Positions 1-13,214 of a stretch of 64,000 nucleotides of DNA are shown here, piece after piece. A program made the translations under genes and the position numbers. This stretch comes from Macrostomum lignano (lineage: Eukaryota): NCBI GenBank assembly GCA_002269645.1, contig NIVC01000303.1:372001-436000 (forward strand), given 5' to 3'. Numbering within the stretch: position 1 is the first letter of the stretch; each line of letters starts with the position of its first letter. The notes under the pieces were generated by a model. The model saw only the letters and a program-made list of their open reading frames with translations, did no database searches and was not told the DNA's origin.

Positions 1-436
1 AGTTATAACAATATGCTTCTACTCTACTTTGGTTAGTAGCTCGATGTGGGCTTTGGTAATACTTTTTTCGAAGACAGTGAAATGATTTATGTTTATGGTA
101 GTTGATCTGGCTTACTTATTAAATTATTATATTAGGCCAATCGTAATGGTTTATTTTATTCATATAAAAGGTAATAAAATCATTTTGCTTTTTGTGTTGC
201 ATATTGATTGTTTGTATTTTTGTTTGTATTCGACTATTATAATATTTGCTTAGCATTTTTCTGTTTCTGCTTCAAAAAACACGAAAATTGGGTGGCGCTT
301 ACACTTTCACGTTGAAAATACACCACCTTGGTGAAGATTTTTATTTAGCTTTAATTCAAAATCATTAACGAAGCTTCTTTGACATAGCTCTACGAAAACG
401 AAGTTTTCACTGGGTCCGTGTGTGTTATTCTGGGGG

Positions 437-444
437 TATAAATA
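437..444 (+). promoter_or_regulatory. TATA box of Pol III type-3-like promoter of RNase P RNA
   Basis: TATAAATA about 28 bp upstream of the predicted RNA 5' end. Confidence 0.7.
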
Positions 445-464
445 GCTACAAGAGCTGCTACTTA

Positions 465-779
465 GTTGGTCTGGAGCTCCGCTGGCATCAAGGGGTCACT
501 CTACGGGCGCACACATCGCCCTTTAACAAATCACCCTTGGGAAGGTCTGAGTTCGAGCCCCCGTATCCCCTAGCAGGGGAGCCGCCTCTAATCGAGGGCG
601 CCGGCTGACAGAAACGCTTGGGCCATTGGGCTTTGCAAGGAAGCTGGCGACCCAGTTACAGTTGGTTGCCAGCTGAGCATTCCGATGGAGACTCAATTGA
701 GACTGGGCTGGTGGCTGGCCTGTGCAGTGCAATATGCCTTGACAACTCAATTCAGACTACGTAGCGCCAGACCCCAATT
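465..779 (+). ncRNA. RPPH1: Nuclear RNase P RNA (H1/RPR)
   Basis: CR-I CCCTTGGGAAGGTCTGAG (534-551) and CR-V AACTCAATTCAGACTAC (744-760) match the eukaryotic RNase P RNA consensus as recalled from human H1 RNA. P4 pairing GGTCTGA(544-550)/TCAGACT(752-758); P1 pairing 5' TTGGTCTGGAGCT with 3' AGCGCCAGACCCCAA; CR-II-like CAGAAAC; several internal hairpins; ~315 nt GC-rich island. Confidence 0.9.
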
Positions 780-782
780 TTT
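778..782 (+). terminator. Pol III T5 terminator
   Basis: TTTTT directly after the 3' strand of P1. Confidence 0.7.
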
Positions 783-934
783 ATTGCCTTTGCTTCTTGA
801 TTTCTGCTTCAAGTGATTTGCTCCCTTGGCCTTGTGTTTCTGCCAGGCTGTTTACAACGTCTTTTTCTAAATGTAAACTTTTGTTTGTGAGTAATCGGTA
901 ATAACATTAATAATAATATAACAAATCATTCCAG

Positions 935-940
935 GCGGTG
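935..940 (+). CDS. Candidate 6-nt calpain microexon (GCGGTG)
   Basis: tcattccAG|GCGGTG|GTAAGT: acceptor and perfect donor 6 nt apart. Phase 1-1, joins in frame to exon 4441 (..G-E-F-K-F-D-G-F). Confidence 0.55.
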
Positions 941-1302
941 GTAAGTCAGATTTCATTTGCTACATATGCACGAATAGTCCATTCTGTACTTTTATTACAA
1001 GCATATGCCGAATATAACTCGCAGAATTGCCTGCTCTTTCGGATTGCCTGTTCGTTTCTTGCACTTGGTTTTTTATTGTCTACAAGTCACTAAGTGTTTT
1101 GTATAAATTGTTATCCTTTTGCTTTTCTACTGTCTTATTGTTAAAAACTTGTTTATACTACTGATCACTAAAAACATATTTTGTTATTCGGTGTGTTCAA
1201 GAATTGTAGAACTGTACTGTATGTACACTTGTTTTGCTCTGAAATGCTATGAATTTCAGGGACAGGAGCTTAAAGGAGATAGCGGTACTCATTGAAGATT
1301 AA

Positions 1303-1770
1303 ATGAGGGGTAGAGGCTTCTACTGAAGGCCACATGGGGGGTAGAGGCTACTACTGAAGGTTGAATAGGGGTAGAGGCTCCCACTGAAGGTCACATGGGC
1401 GGTAGAGGCTACCACGGAAGGTCACATGGGCGGTAGAGGCTACCACGGAAGGTCACATGGGCGGTAGAGGCTACCACGGAAGGTCACATGGGGGGTAGAG
1501 GCTACCACTGAAGGTCACATGGGCGGTAGAGGCTCCCACTGAAGGTCACATGGGTGGGTAGAGGCTACCACTGAAGGTTACATGGGGGGTAGAGGCTCCC
1601 ACTGAAGGTCACATGGGGGGGGGGGGTAGAGGCTCCCACTGAAGGTCACATGGGGGGGTAGAGGCTCCCACTGAAGGTCACATGGGGGTAGAGAGAGGCT
1701 ACCACTGAAGGTCACATGGGGGTAGAGGCTACCACTGAAGGTTGCATAGGGGTAGAGGCTCCCACTGAAG
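1303..1770. repeat. Minisatellite, ~30-31 bp unit (GGTAGAGGCTACCACTGAAGGTCACATGGGG)
   Basis: About 15 tandem copies with variable G-run length. Confidence 0.95.
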
Positions 1771-2276
1771 TTTGATTCCTGAAGCCCAAGATGTGGGGGC
1801 ATTATGCGGATCTGAAGCGCTGGAAGGTGTTGACATTTGACCTTTGCACGCATTTGTCTGTCACATTCATTTCGGCGCCCCTGCCCCCTTTCTGTGCTGA
1901 ATTGTTGGTTATAATCATGATATTAACAGGTACTAAACACAGTCATTGTTGCCATATAGACATCATAGTACTCCTTTACCATAGACTCTATCTATGATGT
2001 GTTGTTGTGTCTTATTGTAGAAATTCTAGTGGTCACTTTAGAGTTACCATTAAAACAGTTAATTAAAAGTTAATCATATTAACTGTTTACGAATGCTTTT
2101 GTTGGTACTGGGGTTGCTTGTCTAAAGCAATAGTGCTTAACTACTTGAAGTAGTTAGATCTTCACAGTACGCTCTGTCTGAATTTTTGAATATACAAGCA
2201 GACATGTATTTCTTAAAATCTTGTATTTTAAAGTATTGATGTCAGACTTGATGATAATTATATCAGTATTGATGAT

Positions 2277-4392
2277 GACACAATTTTGTGTATGATGCAC
2301 ACTGGTGACCGATGTCAAAGTGACACAACTCTGTGTATGATGCAACACTGGTGACCGATGTCAAAGTGACACAACTCTGTGTATGATGCAACACTGGTGA
2401 CCGATGTCAAAGTGACACAACTCTGTGTATGATGCAACACTGGTGACCGATGTCAAAGTGACACAACTCTGTGTATGATGCAACACTGGTGACCGATGTC
2501 AAAGTGACACAACTCTGTGTATGATGCAACACTGGTGACCGATGTCAAAGTGACACAACTCTGTGTATGATGCAACACTGGTGACCGATGTCAAAGTGAC
2601 ACAACTCTGTGTATGATGCACACTGGTGACCGATGTCAAAGTGACACAACTCTGTGTATGATGCACACTGGTGACCGATGTCAGAGTGACACAACTCTGT
2701 GTATGATGCACACTGGTGACCGATGTCAGAGTGACAATTCTGTGTATGATGCACACTGGTGACCGATGTCAAAGTGACAATTCTGTGTATGATGCACACT
2801 GGTGACCGATGTCAAAGTGACACAACTCTGTGTATGATGCAACACTGGTGACCGATGTCAAAGTGACACAACTCTGTGTATGATGCAACACTGGTGACCG
2901 ATGTCAAAGTGACACAACTCTGTGTATGATGCACACTGGTGACCGATGTCAAAGTGACACAACTCTGTGTATGATGCAACACTGGTGACCGATGTCAAAG
3001 TGACACAACTCTGTGTATGATGCAACACTGGTGACCGATGTCAAAGTGACACAACTCTGTGTATGATGCAACACTGGTGACCGATGTCAAAGTGACACAA
3101 CTCTGTGTATGATGCACACTGGTGACCGATGTCAAAGTGACACAACTCTGTGTATGATGCAACACTGGTGACCGATGTCAAAGTGACACAACTCTGTGTA
3201 TGATGCAACACTGGTGACCGATGTCAAAGTGACACAACTCTGTGTATGATGCAACACTGGTGACCGATGTCAAAGTGACACAACTCTGTGTATGATGCAA
3301 CACTGGTGACCGATGTCAAAGTGACACAACTCTGTGTATGATGCAACACTGGTGACCGATGTCAAAGTGACACAACTCTGTGTATGATGCACACTGGTGA
3401 CCGATGTCAAAGTGACACAACTCTGTGTATGATGCACACTGGTGACCGATGTCAGAGTGACACAACTCTGTGTATGATGCACACTGGTGACCGATGTCAG
3501 AGTGACAACTCTGTGTATGATGCACACTGGTGACCGATGTCAGAGTGACAACTCTGTGTATGATGCACACTGGTGACCGATGTCAGAGTGACACAATTCT
3601 GTGTATGATGCACACTGGTGACCGATGTCAGAGTGACAATTATGTGTATGATGCACACTGGTGACCGATGTCAGAGTGACAACTCTGTGTATGATGCACG
3701 CTGGTGACCGATGTCAGAGTGACACAACTCTGTGTATGATGCACACTGGTGACCGATGTCAGAGTGACAACTCTGTGTATGATGCACACTGGTGACCGAT
3801 GTCAGAGTGACACAATTCTGTGTATGATGCACACTGGTGACCGATGTCAGAGTGACAATTATGTGTATGATGCACACTGGTGACCGATGTCAGAGTGACA
3901 CAACTCTGTGTAAGATGCACACTGGTGACCGATGTCAGAGTGACACAACTCTGTGTATGATGCAACACTGGTGACCGATGTCAGAGTGACAACTCTGTGT
4001 ATGATGCACACTGGTGACCGATGTCAGAGTGACACAATTCTGTGTATGATGCACACTGGTGACCGATGTCAGAGTGACAATTATGTGTATGATGCACACT
4101 GGTGACCGATGTCAGAGTGACAACTCTGTGTATGATGCACGCTGGTGACCGATGTCAGAGTGACACAACTCTGTGTATGATGCACACTGGTGACCGATGT
4201 CAGAGTGACAACTCTGTGTATGATGCACACTGGTGACCGATGTCAGAGTGACACAATTCTGTGTATGATGCACACTGGTGACCGATGTCAGAGTGACAAT
4301 TATGTGTATGATGCACACTGGTGACCGATGTCAGAGTGACACAACTCTGTGTAAGATGCACACTGGTGACCGATGTCAGAGTGACAACTCTG
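2277..4392. repeat. Minisatellite, 41-44 bp unit (GTGTATGATGCACACTGGTGACCGATGTCARAGTGACACAACTCT)
   Basis: About 49 tandem copies in a calpain intron; 441-bp higher-order duplication in the right part. Confidence 0.97.
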
Positions 4393-4440
4393 TAACTGCT
4401 AATAGCCCATGCCCCAATGCCGCTCCTACTAAATCATCAG

Positions 4441-4647
4441 AGTTCAAGTTCGATGGCTTCAGCGTTGAGACGTGTCGCTCAATGGTGGCCCTCATGGACG
4501 TCGACCAGTCCGGCAAGCTGGGCTTCGACGAATTCAAGACTCTGTGGAACGACCTGCGACTGTGGAAGACCGTGTTCAAGAAATACGACAGCGACAAGTC
4601 TGGCAATTTCAACAGCTACGAACTGCGACAGGCGCTTAACGCTGTTG
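4441..4647 (+). CDS. CAPN: Classical calpain, penta-EF-hand domain exon
   Basis: (E)FKFDGFSVETCRSMVALMDVDQSGKLGFDEFKTLWNDLRLWKTVFKKYDSDKSGNFNSYELRQALNAV = calpain domain IV EF-hands; cag acceptor at 4440, GTTAGT donor at 4648. Confidence 0.95.
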
Positions 4648-4784
4648 GTTAGTTTATTTTATTTTTTTAAAAATGATACAACTACTGCATTATACTACTG
4701 GCAATCGGTAGCGCTATTTGCGTTTTTTGAAACTTGTGCGAAATATAGAATAAAATAATATAAACATGAAAAACTGCTCGTCAG

Positions 4785-4960
4785 GTTTCCGCGTGAACAA
4801 CAAGATCTTCAGCTGTTTGGTTATGCGCTACGCTACTCGCGAGGGAATTATCGAGTTTGACGACTATGTCCTGTGCTGCGTCCGGCTTAAGACCGTCTTC
4901 GAGACGTTCAAGGCCCAGCCGAAGGACGGCCAGGGCAAAGCTACGTTCTCGCAGGAGGAG
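4785..4960 (+). CDS. CAPN: Calpain PEF domain exon
   Basis: (G)FRVNNKIFSCLVMRYATREGIIEFDDYVLCCVRLKTVFETFK...TFSQEE; tcag acceptor, GTGGGC donor; phase consistent with previous exon. Confidence 0.93.
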
Positions 4961-5017
4961 GTGGGCAGCTGATTCACTTCGAAATTCAGACTTCCTTATC
5001 TCCCTGTTGTCCATCTT

Positions 5018-5385
5018 TACCTACCTACCCACCCATCTACCTACCCACTTATTTACCTACCCACCTATCTACCTATCCACTTATTTACCTACCCACCTAT
5101 CTACCTACCCACCTATTTACCTACCCACTTATCTACCAATCTACCTAGCCACCTATTTACTAAATACCTGACCACTCACCTAGTTACCTACCCATCCATC
5201 TACCTACCTATCTACCTACTTACCTGCGGACCTGCCTATCCACCTACCCACCTAACTACCTGTCTATCCACTACCTACTCACCTACCTACCTACCTAGCT
5301 ACCTACCTATCTGCCCATCTGTGTACCTATCTGCCTACCTATCTACCCATCTACTTATCTATCCAACAATCCACCTACCTATCCA
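5018..5385. repeat. Degenerate (ACCT/ACCC)n low-complexity tract
   Basis: ACCTACCCACCTATCT-type repeats filling the last calpain intron. Confidence 0.9.
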
Positions 5386-5460
5386 TCAGTTATTCAACTA
5401 GCATTTTTAATGCCGCGGTCATTAAGCTCTCCCATCAAACCGCAACCATTCTCATTGCAG

Positions 5461-5487
5461 TTCCTGCAGACCATTATTTACGTGTAG
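5461..5487 (+). CDS. CAPN: Calpain terminal coding exon FLQTIIYV*
   Basis: ttgcag acceptor at 5460, phase 0, calpain-like C-terminus, TAG at 5485-5487. Confidence 0.85.
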   Translation, partial: FLQTIIYV

Positions 5488-6831
5488 AAGCCTCAAGAGC
5501 TGGTGGGCTGTGTGCAGCCGGCACCACTCATAACCATGGAATTTCAAAATCAACATTAAGGACCGATCTTTAAAAATGTTGATTCTGTTTGACTGTCCCG
5601 CGGCGTCAATAAACAAGCTCGATTACACATCAATATTAACACGCTAGCTCACAGTGTCTAACCAATGAATAATCTTAATAATTGTTGTTGCTGTCTCCAT
5701 TTTTTTCAAAACAACAGAACTGATAAAGCTTGGATTTTATTAGCAAATTTAGACTAGAATAATATCCCTATGCTAGTTAAGCTACTGTTCAGTAGAACAG
5801 TACAGAAAGTAAAAAATCGCTTTTTGAGTTTATTTAATAATTTGCCGTGTGAACTTTTTTATGTTTTATTTTTTGCTCTGTTGCTAGCCATACACATATT
5901 TAATTTTTTCAAGTATTTATAAGTATTTATATTTATATTTTAATCCCTTAACCAATGCTACATGTTATTGGCCACTTGTGTGTGTGTGTGACCTGCTTGT
6001 AATCAACCCATATGTTTTATACCTATTAATTAATATATACTGTTCTCATACTATTTATACTACTAATATTTGGGACTTAACAACTAACCATCAACCCCCT
6101 GTGCAATTGATCTCTGTTAAACACAGCCAAACATTAATGGCCTGTTTTAATTAATGTAAATTTCATTTTATTTCAATCAATATTTTGCCAGGTACAATTT
6201 TTCATTGAAATACGCCACCAAAGTGTTTAAGTTAACATTTTCAATGTCTACCAGATTAATAGACTCTTTACCAATTATTAACCAATTTTTAAGACCAAAA
6301 AATCCTACAGAATGGTGTTGTCAAATATCCTGTTTCCTCTGCTGCTTTTGCTGGCTTGGTGAAAGTGCTTACAGTCTCACCCTAAGAATCGTTTTTACCT
6401 TAAATAATAGTACCCACCCAGCCGCCTTGAGCTCCAATATGAGAGTTTTTTAATTAGCAGGCCTGAGCAGTAGACGGTGTGATCAACAGTTTTATGGCTC
6501 TTTGTTTTGGTAAACTTTTTATTGCCAGGAAGATCAAGTGTCAGCTTCTGCTATAACCAACACTACTTATAGTAATAGATAGATACATATTTATTTATAA
6601 CTAGTTTCATGAAAAATATAAGCGGAATTCGCCGTGCATGAGTGCGTCAGCTTTTTTCAACAACTTTATTGGCTGCTTATGTAGGCTTGCTGAAGTTTAT
6701 TCATAAATGTTTGCTGTCGTCTCGGTCTTTGTCTTGGAATTTTTTTAATGAAATGTATGCAGTGGTAACTGTATGTTACCTTAACTTTCTTCTCGGGTCG
6801 TAGTTCCATTCTCAACGTGAACAAAGTGAAC

Positions 6832-7787
6832 TCACGGGTCACGGCCGGCTCCGTTCACACAGCGTATTAACGGGTCACAGTTCGATTCACACAGTGTATT
6901 CACGGGTCACAGTTCGATCCACACAGTATATTCACAGGTCACAGTTCGATTCACACAGTGTATTCACGGGTCACAGTTCGATTCACAGTGTATTCACGGG
7001 TCACATTTCGATTCACACAGTGTATTCACGGGTCACAGTTCGATCCACACAGTATATTCACAGGTCACAGTTCGATTCACACAGTATATTCACGGGTCAC
7101 AGTTCGATCCACACAGTATATTCACGGGTCACAGCAGTCACATTCACACAGTGTATTCACGGGTCACAGTTCGATCCACACAGTATATTCACAGGTCACA
7201 GTTCGATTCACACAGTATATTCACGGGTCACAGCAGTCACATTCACACAGTGTATTCACGGGTCACAGCAGTCAGTCACATTCACACAGTGTATTCACGG
7301 GTCACAGCAGTCATATTCACACAGTGTATTCACGCGTCACAGCAGTCACATTCACACAGTGTATTCACGGGTCACAGCAGTCACATTCACACAGTGTATT
7401 CACGGGTCACAGCAGTCACATTCACACAGTGTATTCACGGGTCACAGCAGTAACATTCACAGTGTATTCACGGGTCACAGCAGTCACATTCACACAGTGT
7501 ATTCACGGGTCACAGCAGTCACATTCACACAGTGTATTCACGGGTCACAGCAGTCACATTCACACAGTGTATTCACGGGTCACAGCAGTAACATTCACAG
7601 TGTATTCACGGGTCACAGCAGTCACATTCACACAGTGTATTCACGGGTCACAGCAGTAACATTCACAGTGTATTCACGGGTCACAGCAGTCACATTCACA
7701 CAGTGTATTCACGGGTCACAGCAGTCACATTCACACAGTGTATTCACGGGTCACAGCAGTCACATTCACACAGTGTATTCACGGGTC
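6832..7787. repeat. Minisatellite, 32/35 bp unit (CACAGTGTATTCACGGGTCACAG...)
   Basis: The left portion carries the TTCGATTCA variant (32 bp) and the right portion the CAGTCACATTCA variant (35 bp). Confidence 0.95.
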
Positions 7788-8501
7788 CTGTTCGATTTCA
7801 AAAAGTGAAAGTTGTATTCACAGCTCCTGCATAAACCGTGACACCCATTAGTTAACGTAATAAAGACCAGCAGAAAGCAGGGTTCAGGAAATATACTTAC
7901 AGCACAGGGTACAGTACTGTACATGCATATGATTGCACAGTTAAGAAAAATATCTCTATAACTTGGCAGCAGAACTTTATATATATTTGAAATATTGCTT
8001 CACAAACATGCGCACTAAAGCAGTCAGCCAAGAGTTTTGAGGGAAAAATTGTAAATCAATAATGCAAATTTTTTATTGACTACGCAAATTAATTAATGAA
8101 TTAATAATTAATAAAACAAGCGAATTAAAAGGCAAACAACATTTACACTGCCGGGCAATGTACAGAGGGACATTGCAGTTGCAAACAGGGCCAAGCAAAG
8201 CAAAAATGCCAAGGGTTATAAAATACAGCAAGCAAACAGTTCACAAGGAGATCGGGCAGTCATATTTTTATTTCGGACAGAAAATCTTTAAAACAGTTTA
8301 TCGGAAAAGAAAATTGAGAGAAAATTTGTTTATTTTTGCTTGAATAATTTTTATGTCCATCCAAGCAACCGCATGCATGAGAACTGAAGATGCAGATTTT
8401 CAAATATATATTGAGCCATTTTCATATTCAAATTGAGAGTTGGAAATAAACAATTGCCTGTTGTTGACGAATTTTACATCGTAACGATTGCTCTAAAATA
8501 C

Positions 8502-11500
8502 TACCAAACTACTGTAATCTACTAACCAAACTAATCTACTAACCAAACTACTGTAATCTACTAACCAAACTACTGTAATCTACTAACCAAACTACTGTAA
8601 TTCACTAACCAAACTACTGTAATCTACTAACCAAACTACTGTAATCTACTAACCAAACTACTGTAATCTACTAACCAAACTAATCTACTAACCAAACTAC
8701 TGTAATCTACTAACCAAACTACTGTAATCTACTAACCAAACTACTGTAATTCACTAACCAAACTACTGTAATCTACTAACCAAACTACTGTAATCTACTA
8801 ACCAAACTACTGTAATCTACTAACCAAACTACTGTAATCTACTAACCAAACTACTGTAATCTACTAACCAAACTATTGTAATTCACTAACCAAACTACTG
8901 TAATCTACCACACCAAACTACTGTAATCTACTAACCAAACTATTGTAATTCACTAACCAAACTACTGTAATCTACTAACCAAACTACTGTAATCTACTAA
9001 CCAAACTACTGTAATCTACTAACCAAACTACTGTAATCTACTAACCAAACTACTGTAATCTACTAACCAAACTACTGTAATCTACTAACCAAACTACTGT
9101 AATCTACTAACCAAACTATTGTAATTCACTAACCAAACTACTGTAATCTACTAACCAAACTACTGTAATTCACTAACCAAACTACTGTAATCTACTAACC
9201 AAACTACTGTAATCTACTAACCAAACTACTGTAATCTACTAACCAAACTACTGTAATCTACTAACCAAACTATTGTAATCTACCACACCAAACTACTGTA
9301 ATCTAATAACCAAACTACTGTAATCTACTAACCAAACTACTGTAATCTACTAACCAAACTACTGTAATCTACTAACCAAACTACTGTAATCTACTAACCA
9401 AACTACTGTAATCTACTAACCAAACTACTGTAATCTACTAACCAAACTACTGTAATCTACTAACCAAACTACTGTAATCTACCACACCAAACTACTGTAA
9501 TCTACTAACCAAACTACTGTAATCTACTAACCAAACTACTGTAATCTACTAACCAAACTACTGTAATTCACTAACCAAACTACTGTAATCTACTAACCAA
9601 ACTACTGTAATCTACTAACCAAACTACTGTAATCTACTAACCAAACTACTGTAATCTACTAACCAAACTACTGTAATCTACTAACCAAACTACTGTAATC
9701 TACTAACCAAACTATTGTAATTCACTAACCAAACTACTGTAATCTACTAACCAAACTACTGTAATCTACTAACCAAACTACTGTAATCTACTAACCAAAC
9801 TATTGTAATTCACTAACCAAACTACTGTAATCTACTAACCAAACTACTGTAATTCACTAACCAAACTACTGTAATCTACTAACCAAACTACTGTAATCTA
9901 CTAACCAAACTACTGTAATCTACTAACCAAACTACTGTAATCTACTAACCAAACTACTGTAATCTACTAACCAAACTACTGTAATCTACTAACCAAACTA
10001 CTGTAATCTACTAACCAAACTACTGTAATCTACTAACCAAACTACTGTAATCTACTAACCAAACTACTGTAATCTACTAACCAAACTACTGTAATCTACT
10101 AACCAAACTACTGTAATTCACTAACCAAACTACTGTAATCTACCACACCAAACTACTGTAATCTACTAACCAAACTACTGTAATCTACTAACCAAACTAC
10201 TGTAATTTACTAACCAAACTACTGTAATCTACCACATCATACTACTGTAATCTACTAACCAAACTACTGTAATCTACTAACCAAACTACTGTAATTTACT
10301 AACCAAACTACTGTAATTCACTAACCAAACTACTGTAATCTACCACACCAAACTACGGTAATCTACTAACCAAACTATTGTAATTCACTAACCAAACTAC
10401 TGTAATTTACTAACCAAACTACTGTAATTCACTAACCAAACTACTGTAATCTACTAACCAAACTACTGTAATCTACTAACCAAACTACTGTAATCTACTA
10501 ACCAAACTACTGTAATCTACTAACCAAACTACTGTAATCTACTAACCAAACTACTGTAATCTACTAACCAAACTATTGTAATTCACTAACCAAACTACTG
10601 TAATCTACTAACCAAACTACTGTAATTCACTAACCAAACTACTGTAATCTACTAACCAAACTACTGTAATCTACTAACCAAACTACTGTAATCTACTAAC
10701 CAAACTATTGTAATTCACTAACCAAACTACTGTAATCTACTAACCAAACTACTGTAATCTACTAACCAAACTACTGTAATCTACTAACCAAACTACTGTA
10801 ATCTACTAACCAAACTATTGTAATTCACTAACCAAACTACTGTAATCTACCACACCAAACTACTGTAATGTACTAACCAAACTACTGTAATCTACTAACC
10901 AAACTACTGTAATCTACTAACCAAACTACTGTAATCTACTAACCAAACTACTGTAATCTACCACACCAAACTACTGTAATCTACTAACCAAACTACTGTA
11001 ATCTACTAACCAAACTACTGTAATCTACCACACCAAACTACTGTAATCTACTAACCAAACTACTGTAATCTACTAACCAAACTACTGTAATCTACTAACC
11101 AAACTACTGTAATCTACTAACCAAACTACTGTAATCTACTAACCAAACTACTGTAATCTACTAACCAAACTACTGTAATCTACTAACCAAACTACTGTAA
11201 TCTACTAACCAAACTACTGTAATCTACTAACCAAACTACTGTAATCTACCACACCAAACTACTGTAATCTAGTTTGTCTAGTAACCAACTAGTAATCTAG
11301 TAACCAACTACTGTATTATACTAACCAAACTACTGTAATTCACTAACCAAACTACTGTAATTCACTAACCAAACTACTGTAATCTACTAACCAAACTACT
11401 GTAATCTACTAACCAAACTACTGTAATCTACTAACCAAACTACTGTAATCTACTAACCAAACTACTGTAATCTACTAACCAAACTACTGTAATCTACTAA

Positions 11501-11990
11501 CCAAACTACTGTAATCTACTAACCAAACTACTGTAATCTACTAACCAAACTACTGTAATCTACTAACCAAACTACTGTAATCTACTAACCAAACTACTGT
11601 AATCTACTAACCAAACTACTGTAATCTACTAACCAAACTACTGTAATCTACTAACCAAACTACTGTAATCTACTAACCAAACTACTGTAATTCACTAACC
11701 AAACTACTGTAATCTACCACACCAAACTACTGTAATCTACTAACCAAACTACTGTAATCTACTAACCAAACTACTGTAATTTACTAACCAAACTACTGTA
11801 ATCTACCACATCATACTACTGTAATCTACTAACCAAACTACTGTAATCTACTAACCAAACTACTGTAATTTACTAACCAAACTACTGTAATTCACTAACC
11901 AAACTACTGTAATCTACCACACCAAACTACGGTAATCTAATAATTAAACTACTGTAATCTACTAACCAAACTACTGTAATCTACCATTCC
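8502..11990. repeat. Satellite array, 22 bp unit (AACCAAACTACTGTAATCTACT)
   Basis: About 158 tandem copies over 3.5 kb. Confidence 0.98.
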
Positions 11991-12504
11991 AAACACCAAT
12001 CCATTATATTCTGCTACAATACCAAACTACCATACTATACCTACTACAGACAATGACACACAGCTTAAATATTGCACAAAGAACTATCAAAAACAGTCCT
12101 TATTACAAGAAATACTTGGCATTTCAAAATAGCAACAAATATTAACTCAAAAGCTAAAACATTGGCCCATAAAATATAAAAACATGCAATTCAATAACAG
12201 AAATGTTATTGTCAATAAACTAGGCTTGAGAAGATTGGAGAATCTTTAAACAAGTACAACAGATACTATTTATCATAGCGATGCCCGTAGCCAACTAAAA
12301 ATGAAAGGCGTAGGTAGTCAAAGCGATACCGACTTATAAACTGCAAATACTAATGCAAAAATAATAATATAAGCAGTATACTTAGTAGTATAAGCGAATA
12401 ATTTACAAGGTGCAAATTTAGGGCAAGGAAAAAGCTCAAAAAGCATAACGCAAAAGCGACTGTGACCGCGCGCTCGTCATAATATTAAGAGATTTATACT
12501 GACT

Positions 12505-13190
12505 TCCATGCCGACATGTATAGAAAAACAGCTTTTACAAGTAGAGAATTGCTCTCTATTAGCAATTCGCAAAAGTGCATGCGGCAAAGCATATTTATTA
12601 AATTATTTCATCAAAATATTTTATTATCCTTCCCAACTACACGCATATGCTGGTACTAAACTTGGTTCAGATTCTCTTTATAAATATATTTTTCTATACA
12701 TATCGGTAGAGTGGTAAAATATTGGTGCGAATCGTATTTAGATAGTTTAATAGGTCTTCTAAATTTAGAATTTTAACAGAAAACTAAACCTTAAAAGAAC
12801 CGATTGGCTGCAATATTACACCATCCTGCCGATATGTATCGAAAAAAACATAAGAGGGAATCGCAAAGAATTAGATGCCTAAAACAATACCCGAGTCGAA
12901 TTTGCTTAAGTAATTATAATTTTTATCGTATGACACCTAAAATTCCAAAGAAACAATTCGGACACAGTATTCTCTGAACCTCCCGATATGCATCGAAAAG
13001 TAACCTTACAAGTGAAAATAGTTCTTGAATTGTTTGTCACAAGGTTTATGCGACAAAGCATATTCGATTAAATAATTTCCCAAGAATTTACAAAAACCAA
13101 CCTTTTAAACTAGTAAAAACAGATCACTGCAATATTTTATCACCCTCCCGATATGTATCGAAAAAACTTTACAAATAGTGAATCTTTACA
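12505..13190. repeat. Degenerate ~155-165 bp repeat (CCGATATGTATCGAAAAA core)
   Basis: The core recurs near 12512, 12829, 12984 and 13148. Confidence 0.55.
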
Positions 13191-13214
13191 AGTTGTCTAA
13201 ACACAATATGAGCA

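Noticed and set aside
1261-1285. Possible small calpain exon after tttcag (GQELKGDS)
   Set aside because: Weak donor (GTACTC) and no resemblance to calpain sequence
2154-4318. Many 60-85 aa ORFs (MCIIHR..., MLHHTQ...)
   Set aside because: These are translations of the 41-44 bp tandem repeat inside a calpain intron
6894-7808. 304-, 233- and 100-aa minus-strand ORFs
   Set aside because: The stop-free tandem repeat is open in all three frames; no domain content
8502-11990. Regular short repeat arrays as possible CRISPR arrays (also 34494-37792 and others)
   Set aside because: Head-to-tail units with no unique spacers, no cas genes, eukaryotic context
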